A stretch of 35,144 nucleotides of DNA, from positions 1 to 35,144 of IMG/VR virus record IMGVR_UViG_3300017911_002314; one strand, written 5' to 3'. The DNA comes from a virus. Taxonomy: Duplodnaviria; Caudoviricetes. A model generated the notes under the pieces. It saw only the letters and a list, made by a program, of their open reading frames with translations. It was not told the origin of the DNA and did not search any database. Positions 8,718 to 18,079 of this stretch are shown piece after piece. Numbering within the stretch: the first letter of the stretch is position 1; each line of letters opens with the position of its first letter. The position numbers and the translations under genes were made by a program.

Positions 8718-9331
8718 TACAAATTCATTTCCTTTCTAAGTGCTGAAAAAACTTTGAAGCACATTTTATTATCATACAGTGCGTCATGGAGTTTTTCTTC
8801 TTCAAATTCTATACCAAAAAATTTCAACAACTGATTTTGAGAAACTCTTGCCTTCAAAGACCTGTCATGAATTATTTTATACTGCCAGCTTAACAAATCT
8901 TTACTAGGTTTGTCTAAATCTTCTCTGTAAGCTTTTCCTAAAGCTCTAGTGTCATAGATGCGCTCAAGATAAGAATAATCTGGGGTTTCACCAAGCAGTC
9001 TTTGCATCCCAGCTACCATATAGACATCAAAGCCAAGCAAGTTTTGACCAACAACCTTGTATTCTGGATTGAATAGATCGGCTTTAAAATCAGCCCAAAC
9101 CTTCTTCAAAGGTTCTTTCCTTTCGTTATATTTGTCCCAAGTAAAACCTGTTAAACGCTCCACCGTCTTGCTGATTTGCAGGTCTTTGTGGTTGATGTAT
9201 CTATCATTCTCTTTGATAACCCTATTGCCTTGGCAGATTAACCATGAAACCTGCCAAGTCCTAGAAGAGTGAAGATTTAGACCTTCAGTCTCAGTATCGA
9301 AAACTAAATATTTTTGATTATGTGGTAGCAT
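8717..9331 (-). CDS. DEDDh 3'-5' exonuclease (DnaQ/epsilon-like)
   Basis: ExoI VFDTETEG, ExoII GQNLLGFD, ExoIII HDALYD. Confidence 0.88.
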   Translation of the reverse strand: MLPHNQKYLVFDTETEGLNLHSSRTWQVSWLICQGNRVIKENDRYINHKDLQISKTVERLTGFTWDKYNERKEPLKKVWADFKADLFNPEYKVVGQNLLGFDVYMVAGMQRLLGETPDYSYLERIYDTRALGKAYREDLDKPSKDLLSWQYKIIHDRSLKARVSQNQLLKFFGIEFEEEKLHDALYDNKMCFKVFSALRKEMNL

Positions 9332-10019
9332 CTTTGTATGACTCCCAGCAGAACTCGTCTGAACAGAAGTGATTTAAGTTTGGATTTTGGAATGTTGGAG
9401 ACTTGCCCCCAGATCTATTACAAGAAGCCTTATACATCTGCAAAGCAGCAAACTCCTCTTTGTTGTGGTGCAATATTGTTTTAACATTATGAGTCTTCAC
9501 ATCAAGACTTTTAATAACAGACTTGATTTGAAAATCAAATGGATGATTGTTATCTTCAATGAAATAGATGGGATCTAAGTGATCAATATCAATGTGAGAT
9601 AGTCCAAAATAAAATAAATTATTAAAGATGTATGAGTCGTAAAATGGGACGCATACTTCAAGGTTCTCAAAGTCCTCCTTAGTATAATCAGATAAGACTA
9701 AAGAGTTTTGGCTGTTCAAAGACGCTGTAGAAGACATTCTCTTCAAGTCTCGTATGCCATCATTGTTTTTGGCAAAAAGAGCTAACTTGCTAGGCTTTTC
9801 ACCATAATCTCCCCCAGTGTTAATTACTGATATTTTTAATCCGAAAACAAACGGCATGTCTTCTTCTTGGAAGAGCTTGTTAAAAACTCTGAAGCCATAA
9901 AAATTATCCTCTAGTAAGACGACTCTTTCAAGCTGGTTGATTTTAGCTATGTCGAGTATCTTCTCTGCTGTGAGAATAGACTTTCCTATACTGAACTGAC
10001 TCTTAAAAAGAGGGGTCAT
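9318..10019 (-). CDS. Stand-alone PHP domain of DnaE (degenerate metal ligands)
   Basis: KSQFSIGKSIL (cf. HSxYSxLDG), LLEDNFYG (cf. LTDHxNLFG), LFAKNNDGIRDLKRMSS (cf. LLAKNxxGYxNLxKLSS), C-terminal SDEFCWES. Confidence 0.8.
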   Translation of the reverse strand: MTPLFKSQFSIGKSILTAEKILDIAKINQLERVVLLEDNFYGFRVFNKLFQEEDMPFVFGLKISVINTGGDYGEKPSKLALFAKNNDGIRDLKRMSSTASLNSQNSLVLSDYTKEDFENLEVCVPFYDSYIFNNLFYFGLSHIDIDHLDPIYFIEDNNHPFDFQIKSVIKSLDVKTHNVKTILHHNKEEFAALQMYKASCNRSGGKSPTFQNPNLNHFCSDEFCWESYKDATT

Positions 10020-10025
10020 GACTAG

Positions 10026-10054
10026 ATCTTAGATAAGATCTATCGACTTGTCAA
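10026..10054 (-). promoter_or_regulatory. sigma70-type leaderless promoter for the PHP/exo/DnaE operon
   Basis: TTGACA-17-TAAGAT, then 6 nt to the ATG at 10019. Confidence 0.7.
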
Positions 10055-11075
10055 ACGAAAAGGCTGGGCAACCCGCATATTTTTTCTTCTCAATCTTTAC
10101 CCCTTTCCCTTCGTCAAGCATTTCTTGCAAGTCCTCCTTAACGTAAGACGACTTGATAAACTTATCATCTTCTCCAAGCAAGTGGTAATAGTCAAATGGA
10201 AACTTAAATGGACAATGCCACATCAAATCTCCGTTCTTTTTTAATTGACCAACATGTGTTGCTCTACCACAAACAATCTTACCCGCAAATCCTTCCTCTT
10301 TGGCTGGATAGCCCTTATCCCAAGCGAGACCGCTCTTGGCTGTAGTTTCAGAGAAGTTGTTGATCACCTGCTGGACATCAGTCAGGAAATATTCAAAGCC
10401 CTCTAGGTCTAATTCGTCCAATGGCTCCATCTCTAAATAACCTTCTCCCTCAAGGTCAAATTTTAAGAATAAAAATTCCATCTTGCGTTTAAGGTATTCT
10501 GGATACAGATATTTTACAGCAAGGCAATACATATAGTCTTGCATGTTATCAGAATACTCTTTACCTTCAAAAATACTCTTAGACGTTTTGAAATCTCTAA
10601 TGATCGCAGTCTTCTTTCTCTTAAACAAGAAGAGCTTATCAATAAAGCCTAAAATCCTATAGTTCTTATCTCCGTCATCTACAGAGATGTCAAAATCTTT
10701 CTCAGAAATAGATTCAGTTGGCTTACCTTCAGTATCACCGAAGAAATCAAAATTTAGACCCTCAACTGTCATCTTGTTGATTAGATCCATATTTTCAAAA
10801 TCATCTATCTCATACTTCTTCGCATAAGCTTCTACCATTCTTTTGATGGGAGGGCTAGCGTTTATGTCTTGAGCTTTTATGATGGCTCTATAATGCTTCT
10901 TGTGGCGAGGATTACCTAGATTCTCAAATACTGCGTGACAGATAGTACCACGAAGAGACCCGTGATTAGATTTATCTGGCAATCTTAGATGATACTTGGC
11001 CCAATATTGCCAAGTGCAAGTTTGCATCGTTTTGATCCGTGATGCAGATAGAGGCTTATTTTCAGATTTCTCCAT
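10029..11075 (-). CDS. PD-(D/E)XK nuclease, RecB/AddB/Cas4-like exonuclease
   Basis: LSASRIKT..TC, GTICHAVFE, GFIDKL, IRDFKTSK and QDYMY motifs. Confidence 0.85.
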   Translation of the reverse strand: MEKSENKPLSASRIKTMQTCTWQYWAKYHLRLPDKSNHGSLRGTICHAVFENLGNPRHKKHYRAIIKAQDINASPPIKRMVEAYAKKYEIDDFENMDLINKMTVEGLNFDFFGDTEGKPTESISEKDFDISVDDGDKNYRILGFIDKLFLFKRKKTAIIRDFKTSKSIFEGKEYSDNMQDYMYCLAVKYLYPEYLKRKMEFLFLKFDLEGEGYLEMEPLDELDLEGFEYFLTDVQQVINNFSETTAKSGLAWDKGYPAKEEGFAGKIVCGRATHVGQLKKNGDLMWHCPFKFPFDYYHLLGEDDKFIKSSYVKEDLQEMLDEGKGVKIEKKKYAGCPAFSFDKSIDLI

Positions 11076-12111
11076 AATGGAAGTCGTATTTCTTTTCGAA
11101 CTTCCTTAGATTAGAAGCGAAAGCTTTATTAACGCCACGCTTATCCATTTCTTTGGCGAAATCAATAACAGTAGCCATTGATTCATTATGTTCAATACCC
11201 CCACAATATTCAACATATTTATTAATCTGATCTACTGTCATATCTCCAAAGTCATTCTCTGGAGGAGGGGAGAAGAATATCTTTTCAAAATCAATCTGTT
11301 CACAAAGCTTGAATATCGACTTGATAGAACCCTCAAAGCCTCTATTGGATTCTGAGTTGAAATCGTTATTAAAAGCAATAAAAATTTTATCTAGAGGCAA
11401 ACCATGAAGCTTAGATATAAACTTGGGTGAAATATTCAACCCAAAAGAGACAAGCACGTTTTTAACCCCAGCATCGAACAGAGAAATGCAATCTCCAATA
11501 GACTCCACCACATAAACACAACGATGCTCTTCAATCGCAGAAGAAACATCATCAATCGTGTAGTATGGATAAAACCAGTCAGAACAACGCCCATTGTGAA
11601 GCCACTTAGGTCTGGGGTCATTTGTCACCTTTCTCCCTGAAAACCCGTGTATCTTACCGTCAGAGCGAACAACAGGAAATATGACTCGCTGATACATTTT
11701 ACCAGACATAGCCAAGCCACACTTGAACTTTTTTAAAGTGTCTTCTGATATGCCTCTCTCAAAATAAAAATCATAATGAGGCAAAAGTCTATTCAAGCAA
11801 GAATCTGGATATGTCTTCTCTTCACTCAAAAGGTGTTTTTTCTTAGTGCGTTCATATATGTTTACACTATCCCTCTTCAAATAAGAGTTTAAAACACCCT
11901 TGTCATTAGTATTAAGAGTTTTTTGCAGCAAGGCTTCAAATGGAAGAAACATCGAATCTTCGACATAATCTTTCCAAACTCCAGTGTCTTTATAGATTTG
12001 TAATGCAGTAGAGTTGTCTCCAGACCTATACACAGCACTGGTTCTCCAATATGAACCGTGGTCCTTCAATCTGTAGCCCAAATCCTCTAAGATGGCCCTA
12101 TAATCGCTCAT
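11062..12111 (-). CDS. DNA primase (DnaG-like TOPRIM)
   Basis: RVIFPV...GFSGR, PKW, VVESIGD, IAFNND and NDFGD motifs; adjacent to the helicase. Confidence 0.85.
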   Translation of the reverse strand: MSDYRAILEDLGYRLKDHGSYWRTSAVYRSGDNSTALQIYKDTGVWKDYVEDSMFLPFEALLQKTLNTNDKGVLNSYLKRDSVNIYERTKKKHLLSEEKTYPDSCLNRLLPHYDFYFERGISEDTLKKFKCGLAMSGKMYQRVIFPVVRSDGKIHGFSGRKVTNDPRPKWLHNGRCSDWFYPYYTIDDVSSAIEEHRCVYVVESIGDCISLFDAGVKNVLVSFGLNISPKFISKLHGLPLDKIFIAFNNDFNSESNRGFEGSIKSIFKLCEQIDFEKIFFSPPPENDFGDMTVDQINKYVEYCGGIEHNESMATVIDFAKEMDKRGVNKAFASNLRKFEKKYDFHYGEI

Positions 12112-13655
12112 TCTGAAAGAACAATTGGAATATCATTAGCCTCATCACTAGTCTCCAAAGAAACATCAACGTTGTTGGCTGAATTCACAATATCTTGAAG
12201 ATCTCCCCTCTCCTCAACCCTAAAATTTTCAATATTTAAGTTAATGAAATTCTTTCGATTAGAGCCATCTGGCATTTCGACAGGATTGATTGCACGAAGA
12301 GCTTCTTTGCCCAAGTGTCTAGCCTTGAGGTTCACTAGCTTGTGAGTTCCAAAGCGATCTCCATCTTCATGAATCTCGTCTGGAATCTTTCTTCTCAATA
12401 AAAATAAGTGGGAGCAAAACTGAGTGATCCCATCAGACAGAGAAACAACGCTCTCATCATCAACGATTGAATCTGCTCCCCTGTTCCCAGTGATGCCAAG
12501 ACGGTTCGCTTGAACTGATGTCATCATTGAGACGCAAGGCTTACCGTCAAAGCACAAGTCCCTGTGAATAGTTTGTTTAAACAAGTGGACCATGGAAGCA
12601 ACTTGTTGCCAACCATCATTTTTGCCAAGGTTATTGAAGTCTGTTTTAATGTAATCAAAACTGAAGATCATCTTGTTCCCTCTTCCAACTTTAGAGTAAT
12701 AAAACCTCTTCAGGTAAGAACACATCTCTTCAGCAGACATACCAGCAACATTTTCATAATAAAATTTCATGTTGCCAGACTTAATCTGATCCCAAGCATT
12801 CCGAACTTTTTGAGTAACCTCTTCAGAAGTCCAATCTTTATAACTTGATGTCCTCCACTTACCACTTTGCAAGAGATAAATTGGTATGCCTGTCATCGCA
12901 GAACACTGACGAAGAGTCAACTCCTCTTCACTCATCTCTCCGTTGTCGAAATGTAAAACTGGTATGTTATATTTAGAAGCAGTTCTAGTAGTGTAGTCCA
13001 TACAGAATTGAGTTTTACCAACTCCAGAACGAGCTACAATAACAGAAATGTTACCTTCTAAAAGAAGTGATCCATAAATTTCATTAATGCGTTGGTGCGG
13101 ACCCATTAAGCCAGTTTCTTCTATAGGGTTGTTTCCCCTATCTTCAACCAACTCTTCCATAATATCGAACAAGTTGATTGGCCCTTCGTCATTAAACTCA
13201 AACTCTTTTATGTTCTTGTTGTAGATCTCATCTGATTTGTCGATGATCTCAGAATACTTAAGGTTTGGGTCTACTTTCTTGACATAAGTTGCAACGTCTT
13301 TCGCGGCACGATATATCTCCCTGCGAGCAGAAAACTTCTTTAACTCCCTTACTGAAGAAATAAAGATGTCTTCTGTTATCTTGTGGTAAACTAAAGACCT
13401 TATGTACTCTGGGAGATCAATACTGTCTGGAAAGCTAACCTTAAGTTGCTCTAACCTTGGGATAAGGATAGTGTCATCTATTGTCTCTGCATTATTAAGA
13501 GCATTGCGAATCAACTTAAAGATAGAAAGATTTACTACAGAATCTTCACTGAAGAAATCTTTTTCATTTAAAAAAACAGAAACTTCAGCCCACTTGTGCG
13601 GGTGCTGGAGCAGACCTTTTAATACGGTCTTTTCTAGGTCCAAACTTGCTATCAT
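12108..13655 (-). CDS. dnaB: Replicative DNA helicase, DnaB family
   Basis: N-terminal LEKTVLKGLL; Walker A ARSGVGKT; FDNGEM; FDYI; QANR; KARH. Confidence 0.88.
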   Translation of the reverse strand: MIASLDLEKTVLKGLLQHPHKWAEVSVFLNEKDFFSEDSVVNLSIFKLIRNALNNAETIDDTILIPRLEQLKVSFPDSIDLPEYIRSLVYHKITEDIFISSVRELKKFSARREIYRAAKDVATYVKKVDPNLKYSEIIDKSDEIYNKNIKEFEFNDEGPINLFDIMEELVEDRGNNPIEETGLMGPHQRINEIYGSLLLEGNISVIVARSGVGKTQFCMDYTTRTASKYNIPVLHFDNGEMSEEELTLRQCSAMTGIPIYLLQSGKWRTSSYKDWTSEEVTQKVRNAWDQIKSGNMKFYYENVAGMSAEEMCSYLKRFYYSKVGRGNKMIFSFDYIKTDFNNLGKNDGWQQVASMVHLFKQTIHRDLCFDGKPCVSMMTSVQANRLGITGNRGADSIVDDESVVSLSDGITQFCSHLFLLRRKIPDEIHEDGDRFGTHKLVNLKARHLGKEALRAINPVEMPDGSNRKNFINLNIENFRVEERGDLQDIVNSANNVDVSLETSDEANDIPIVLSE

Positions 13656-13873
13656 TGATCAGCCTCCTGTTGGATGGAGATTTCTACCAACTTAGTAAGA
13701 GCCATATCAACACAGGTATTGTCTGTCTTGGTCGCGAAAGTGGGTTGTCCCATGTCGTTGATGTAATACAAGAAAAAACCTTTATTTCCTCCGCTTGGAG
13801 AACCAGTGCAGTCGAAGAGTTTAGTTAGAATGCTTTTTGGTAAGGTATTATCCGTTTTGTCGAAAAGGTTCAT
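13652..13873 (-). CDS. Hypothetical protein
   Basis: 73-aa ORF with ATGA overlaps at both ends. Confidence 0.7.
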   Translation of the reverse strand: MNLFDKTDNTLPKSILTKLFDCTGSPSGGNKGFFLYYINDMGQPTFATKTDNTCVDMALTKLVEISIQQEADQ

Positions 13874-14277
13874 ATTAAGTCTAACTTGTTAAGTAGCTCT
13901 TCATTAAGAGTATCTCGTTCCAGTATTCTTACAAGCCTAATTTGGTTAATCTCGCAAAAATATTCCTTCTTCTCGTCTCTCTGCAATTGTGAGAGGAAGT
14001 TCTGCCTAGAATTTGAATGGAAGAACTTGTTGTATTTGTAGTGCTGATTGCCATCGACCTCTACTGCAAGCTTCTTGTTTGCGTTGTAAAAGTCTAGAGT
14101 CATTCTTGTCCCAAGAACAGGAAGTTCCTCAAAAACTACGTCAGCAATCCAATGTGGATATAAAAGATCTTTTACTCTTTTTTGGATTTTGCTGCGACAC
14201 TTCTTGTCCCAGTCGATCAGATATTTTGAAGAATTTTTAAGCTTCTGTTCACGACCAGTTGTCGTTAAAAAGATCAT
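13870..14277 (-). CDS. DUF559/Vsr-like endonuclease
   Basis: LDFY...LAVEVDGNQHY...RDEKK...IRLVRI. Confidence 0.75.
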   Translation of the reverse strand: MIFLTTTGREQKLKNSSKYLIDWDKKCRSKIQKRVKDLLYPHWIADVVFEELPVLGTRMTLDFYNANKKLAVEVDGNQHYKYNKFFHSNSRQNFLSQLQRDEKKEYFCEINQIRLVRILERDTLNEELLNKLDLI

Positions 14278-15401
14278 ACAAAAATATTCTCAGCAATAAA
14301 CAAGTGCATCCCTTTTGTGATGTCTTCATTGTTTTCAAGGAGGTCATACAGGGCTTTCATCCCCTGATACTTTTCTTGAACTTCAATGCCCCTGTCGGCA
14401 AGATACTTAATAAGCTCCTCGTCAATCTTAAACCAAGAAGCAGACTTCTCAATATAGTTCCACATCAGAAGCATTTCAATAATCTCACGTTCAATCCAAA
14501 TAGACTTGCCGTCAGAACGGCCATGTTTAATTGGGTAACGAATCCGCATCCCAGTGCTTTCGTTCGTAGACTTTTGAATATGAACTTTAGCATAATGCCC
14601 TATGATAGAATTCTCTGGGCTTGGCTTGGCCTTTGGATCTTGCAAGATTAGATCTTTTTGATTTCTTTTCTCAAAGTTAATAATCCAGTCTGGATAATGG
14701 AGAGCTGCATTGCCACCGCTAGAATTGGTTTGGTTGTTTGGATCACTAGTAGCATATTGACTCGTCTTAATAGTTGACCGAACCTGAGAGATCATAATGC
14801 ACATGTGACCAAATTTACCCATCCCAAGACTAACCCGCTTTAAGAAATCAGAAGTTAGAGCTGCACCCGCCGCGACTTTTGCTGCGTCACTGGTGGTCTT
14901 TTCTAAATCAGATTTAGGAAGCAAGCCATCCATACTGTCGATGACAATGCAAAATTTTTCTTTGTCTGGATTATTCTTTAGTAGTTCTCTAAGGCCATCA
15001 AAAACCGTATCATAAATGTGGCACTCCCAAACAAGGCAAGTACCTAACTCCCAGTCTTCTGGATCGCTTACAAACTTCAAACCAGAACGTTTCTGAATAT
15101 CTGACGACAAACGTCCTTCTGCTTTAATGTAGAGACCCTTTGTCTTTTCCACGGTCTCAAGCATGTTTTTCATCACATGGAGAGCTTCATTTGTTTTGCC
15201 CCCTTCGTTACATCCAATGAAACGATGTAATCCAGCACCAAGTCCATTACCTACAAACTGGTCTAAAATTAGAGAACCAGTTGAAACTAAATAAGACTTT
15301 GCAGTCTCTTCGTAATTGTAGTGGAAGTCTTTATTACTCTTAAAGAACTTGGACATGAATTCCGAAGTGCCAATTTTTTCTTTTGTACTTTTCTTACTCA
15401 T
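14274..15401 (-). CDS. RecA/UvsX-like recombinase
   Basis: STGSLILD, Walker A GCNEGGKT, Walker B IVIDS, ISQVR and SGGNAALHY. Confidence 0.88.
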   Translation of the reverse strand: MSKKSTKEKIGTSEFMSKFFKSNKDFHYNYEETAKSYLVSTGSLILDQFVGNGLGAGLHRFIGCNEGGKTNEALHVMKNMLETVEKTKGLYIKAEGRLSSDIQKRSGLKFVSDPEDWELGTCLVWECHIYDTVFDGLRELLKNNPDKEKFCIVIDSMDGLLPKSDLEKTTSDAAKVAAGAALTSDFLKRVSLGMGKFGHMCIMISQVRSTIKTSQYATSDPNNQTNSSGGNAALHYPDWIINFEKRNQKDLILQDPKAKPSPENSIIGHYAKVHIQKSTNESTGMRIRYPIKHGRSDGKSIWIEREIIEMLLMWNYIEKSASWFKIDEELIKYLADRGIEVQEKYQGMKALYDLLENNEDITKGMHLFIAENIFV

Positions 15402-15840
15402 CTAAAAAATCTCTCAGGGTTTTTCTTTTTTCGATCAACCTATCTTCTCCTGTTTTGACCCCATGGTCAACTATTTTTTCAGAGTTTTTTGGCTTATAGT
15501 GGAATTCTTTATGCTTCTTGTCTAAATAAGACAACCCGTCTTTAGTCAGAAAATACTTTATTGAGCCATCAAGCTTAAAAGGAGGTTTGACTTTTAGTAA
15601 GAAGTCTATGTCATTTTTAAAACGCTTAAAAATCTTTGTGGCCGTTATCATGTCTAGCTTATAATCGGAGGATGCTCCGTCATTAAGCATGTTCCTTATA
15701 AACTGTCGCCGCTCTTTAAAGAAAGAGGATTTCTTTACTGGTCTCTTATAATCCTTAAAGCTAAACCCGCACTCACATTCATGAGAACGGGTAGAGCATA
15801 AAGAAGAGCATTTAGGGCATTGCCTTTTACCTCTTGGCAT
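15394..15840 (-). CDS. Hypothetical protein with N-terminal zinc ribbon
   Basis: CPKC...CECG; the ATG at 15840 is preferred over TTG at 15846 because of promoter spacing. Confidence 0.7.
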   Translation of the reverse strand: MPRGKRQCPKCSSLCSTRSHECECGFSFKDYKRPVKKSSFFKERRQFIRNMLNDGASSDYKLDMITATKIFKRFKNDIDFLLKVKPPFKLDGSIKYFLTKDGLSYLDKKHKEFHYKPKNSEKIVDHGVKTGEDRLIEKRKTLRDFLDE

Positions 15841-15846
15841 AGACAA

Positions 15847-15874
15847 AAGCTATGAGCTTATTTATTTTTGTCAA
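15847..15874 (-). promoter_or_regulatory. sigma70-type leaderless promoter for the recombination/replication operon
   Basis: TTGACA-16-TAGCTT, then 6 nt to the ATG at 15840. Confidence 0.55.
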
Positions 15875-16847
15875 GCTCTTTTATCCAATATGAAACCATA
15901 TCTGCAACCAATGCTTGGAAGTCATATTCTGGCTTCCAATTTAGAGTCTTTCTAGCTCTAGAAGAATCTCCTTTTAATTTTTTTAATTCTTCTGGTCTGA
16001 AAAACTTTGGATCTGTTTCAACATAATCATTGTAATCTAAATTGACATGCTTAAATGCCTCATTACAAAAATCTCTTACAGAGTGCGTCTCCATAGAAGA
16101 AATAATAAAATCTTCTGGTTCATGATGCTGCAAGATTAAATGCATTGCCTTAACATAATCTTTTGAGTGACCCCAGTCTCTATAAGAATCCAAATTTCCT
16201 AAAACAAGCTTATCTTGTAATCCAAGGTGAATTGCGGCAACAGCTTTGGCGATTTTCGCAGTGACAAAATTTTCACCACGCCTTGGCGATTCATGATTAA
16301 ATAAAATACCATTTGAGGCGAAAAGATTATAAGAGTTTCTGTAATTACGAACAATACAATGGGCAGCTAACTTAGAACAGCCATAGGGACTAACTGGTTT
16401 CATCTGAGTCGTCTCTCTCTGAAATCCATCCTCGTTAATTTCATTACCAAACATCTCAGAAGAACTTGCTTGATAGAACCTCGACTCTGGGCAAGAAAAC
16501 CTATATGCTTCAAGCATGTTCAGGGTGCCGATCATATTAGTTTGGAGGGTGAATTGTGGGACATCAAAGCTAACACGAACATGACTTTGAGCTGCCAAAT
16601 TATAAATTTCATCTGGTCTAATTAAAGCCATCAATCTATTAATCGATGAATTGTCTAGGAGATCTGCATAATCAGTTTTAACTAACCCTTTGCTAACAAG
16701 GTGATCAATTCTTGTCTCTTGAGTGCTGGCCATAGAATGTCTACGAACAAATCCGTAAACCTCGTAATCTTTTGCTAAAAGCAATTCTGCCAAATAACTT
16801 CCGTCTTGACCTGAGATGCCAGTAATGAGAGCTTTTTTCTTTTTCAT
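15858..16847 (-). CDS. gmd: GDP-mannose 4,6-dehydratase
   Basis: ITGISGQDGSYLAELLL, YNLAAQSHVRVSF, YQASSSEMFG, SPYGCSK, GILFNHESPRRGENFVT and RDWGH. Confidence 0.96.
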   Translation of the reverse strand: MKKKKALITGISGQDGSYLAELLLAKDYEVYGFVRRHSMASTQETRIDHLVSKGLVKTDYADLLDNSSINRLMALIRPDEIYNLAAQSHVRVSFDVPQFTLQTNMIGTLNMLEAYRFSCPESRFYQASSSEMFGNEINEDGFQRETTQMKPVSPYGCSKLAAHCIVRNYRNSYNLFASNGILFNHESPRRGENFVTAKIAKAVAAIHLGLQDKLVLGNLDSYRDWGHSKDYVKAMHLILQHHEPEDFIISSMETHSVRDFCNEAFKHVNLDYNDYVETDPKFFRPEELKKLKGDSSRARKTLNWKPEYDFQALVADMVSYWIKELDKNK

Positions 16848-16861
16848 TATTAATTTCTAGT

Positions 16862-16889
16862 ATTATAGAAATACTTTCATTTTTGTCAA
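16862..16889 (-). promoter_or_regulatory. sigma70-type promoter for gmd
   Basis: Consensus hexamers TTGACA-16-TATAAT, 14 nt before the ATG. Confidence 0.7.
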
Positions 16890-17447
16890 GTCTGGCCAAT
16901 CATTTATAATCCATTTTTTTGGCTCTGTATTAATTGCTTCTTCTAATTTATCCAAACCTATTTGAGCTGTCTCAGGAGTCATATAATAATGATATCCGAA
17001 ACTAGATATATCCTGATCTCTCCAAGGAACATCTGGCAACCTTCCATCATAAGACATTTTCTTTAAATCTTCGGCAGCTTGTTTGTTATCAGTTAAAATC
17101 ATACCCCCTCTTCCAAGGCTAAGATGTTTTTGAAATTGAAAACTTAAACACATGAATGTATTCGGAATATAACTATCTTCGCGCCAAAGAACTGCCGCAT
17201 CAGCAATATTCGTCCCTTCAATAAAATAGTAATCTTGCCAAGATTCTTCTTTCCACTTAAGTGGAATTCCTAATTTATTAGCTAAAAAAGGAACTGAAAT
17301 ATAAGTTCTCTTAGGAACGCAAAGTTCTTGAATGTTTTGCATTCTCAAACAAAGTTCCAAGCCATGCGTACAGCTATCTACAGCTACAGCATACTTAGCT
17401 CCAAAAAACTTAGCTACCTTATTCTCAAAGTCTTTTACTTGTTTCAC
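16863..17447 (-). CDS. Short DegT/DnrJ/EryC1/StrS-family PLP sugar aminotransferase-like protein
   Basis: FENKVAKFFGAKYAVAVDSCTHGL, DAA, CLSFQFQKHL (PLP lysine) and GGMILTD; only 194 aa. Confidence 0.78.
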   Translation of the reverse strand: MKQVKDFENKVAKFFGAKYAVAVDSCTHGLELCLRMQNIQELCVPKRTYISVPFLANKLGIPLKWKEESWQDYYFIEGTNIADAAVLWREDSYIPNTFMCLSFQFQKHLSLGRGGMILTDNKQAAEDLKKMSYDGRLPDVPWRDQDISSFGYHYYMTPETAQIGLDKLEEAINTEPKKWIINDWPDLTKMKVFL

Positions 17448-18079
17448 CCTAAGCTTTTATTTTTAAGAAGAATGTTGTGTCCATGTCTAGATACAAACTC
17501 AAAATTATCTAAGGTTTCAAGAATCCAACGTTCATTTACTTGACCTTCCCAAAGCTCAGTATCAAAACACTCTGTATAAAAAAATCTAGTTTGGCTTTTG
17601 AGCGTATTAATTGCACCCAGAATCATTTCTTCTTCTGCTCCATTGACATCGCACCAAATAAAATCAATGATCTTATCATTAATATTTTCTTGTGCCCAAG
17701 TATCTAATTTGACACATTTAACTTGGTCTGGATCGTTTTTAAATGAAACAGTAGGGTAATTTTTTAAATGATTCAGTGGTTTCTTGAGAGAACTTGATAA
17801 AGACCACTCTCTGCCAGCATTATTTAAACTTGGGTACCAATCAATATAACCGTCTTTATTACCAACAGCCCTTTCAACCAAGGTAATTTGATCTGGATGG
17901 TTCAACCTTTTGAAATGTTCAATAGATTTTGGATCAGCTTCAAAAGCATAAATCTCTGATTCTGTCATACATTGCAACATTCCAAGACTATCTTGACCGT
18001 CATAAGACCCAACCTCTAAAATTAAAGGATTATTCTTGCCTAATAAATTTGTAATTTTGTTTTTTGTTAATTCACTCAT
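17444..18079 (-). CDS. FkbM-family methyltransferase
   Basis: ILEVGSYDG, YAFEADP, KLDTW and IDFIWCDVNGAE. Confidence 0.88.
   Translation of the reverse strand: MSELTKNKITNLLGKNNPLILEVGSYDGQDSLGMLQCMTESEIYAFEADPKSIEHFKRLNHPDQITLVERAVGNKDGYIDWYPSLNNAGREWSLSSSLKKPLNHLKNYPTVSFKNDPDQVKCVKLDTWAQENINDKIIDFIWCDVNGAEEEMILGAINTLKSQTRFFYTECFDTELWEGQVNERWILETLDNFEFVSRHGHNILLKNKSLG

Noticed and set aside
6156-10019. Split intein or programmed frameshift joining the DnaE pieces
   Set aside because: No intein terminal motifs and no obvious slippery heptamer at either junction; the starts look like ordinary coupled initiation.
10029-11075. Cas4 as part of a CRISPR system
   Set aside because: It sits in a replication operon with no cas1/cas2 or array; it is better read as a phage recombination exonuclease.
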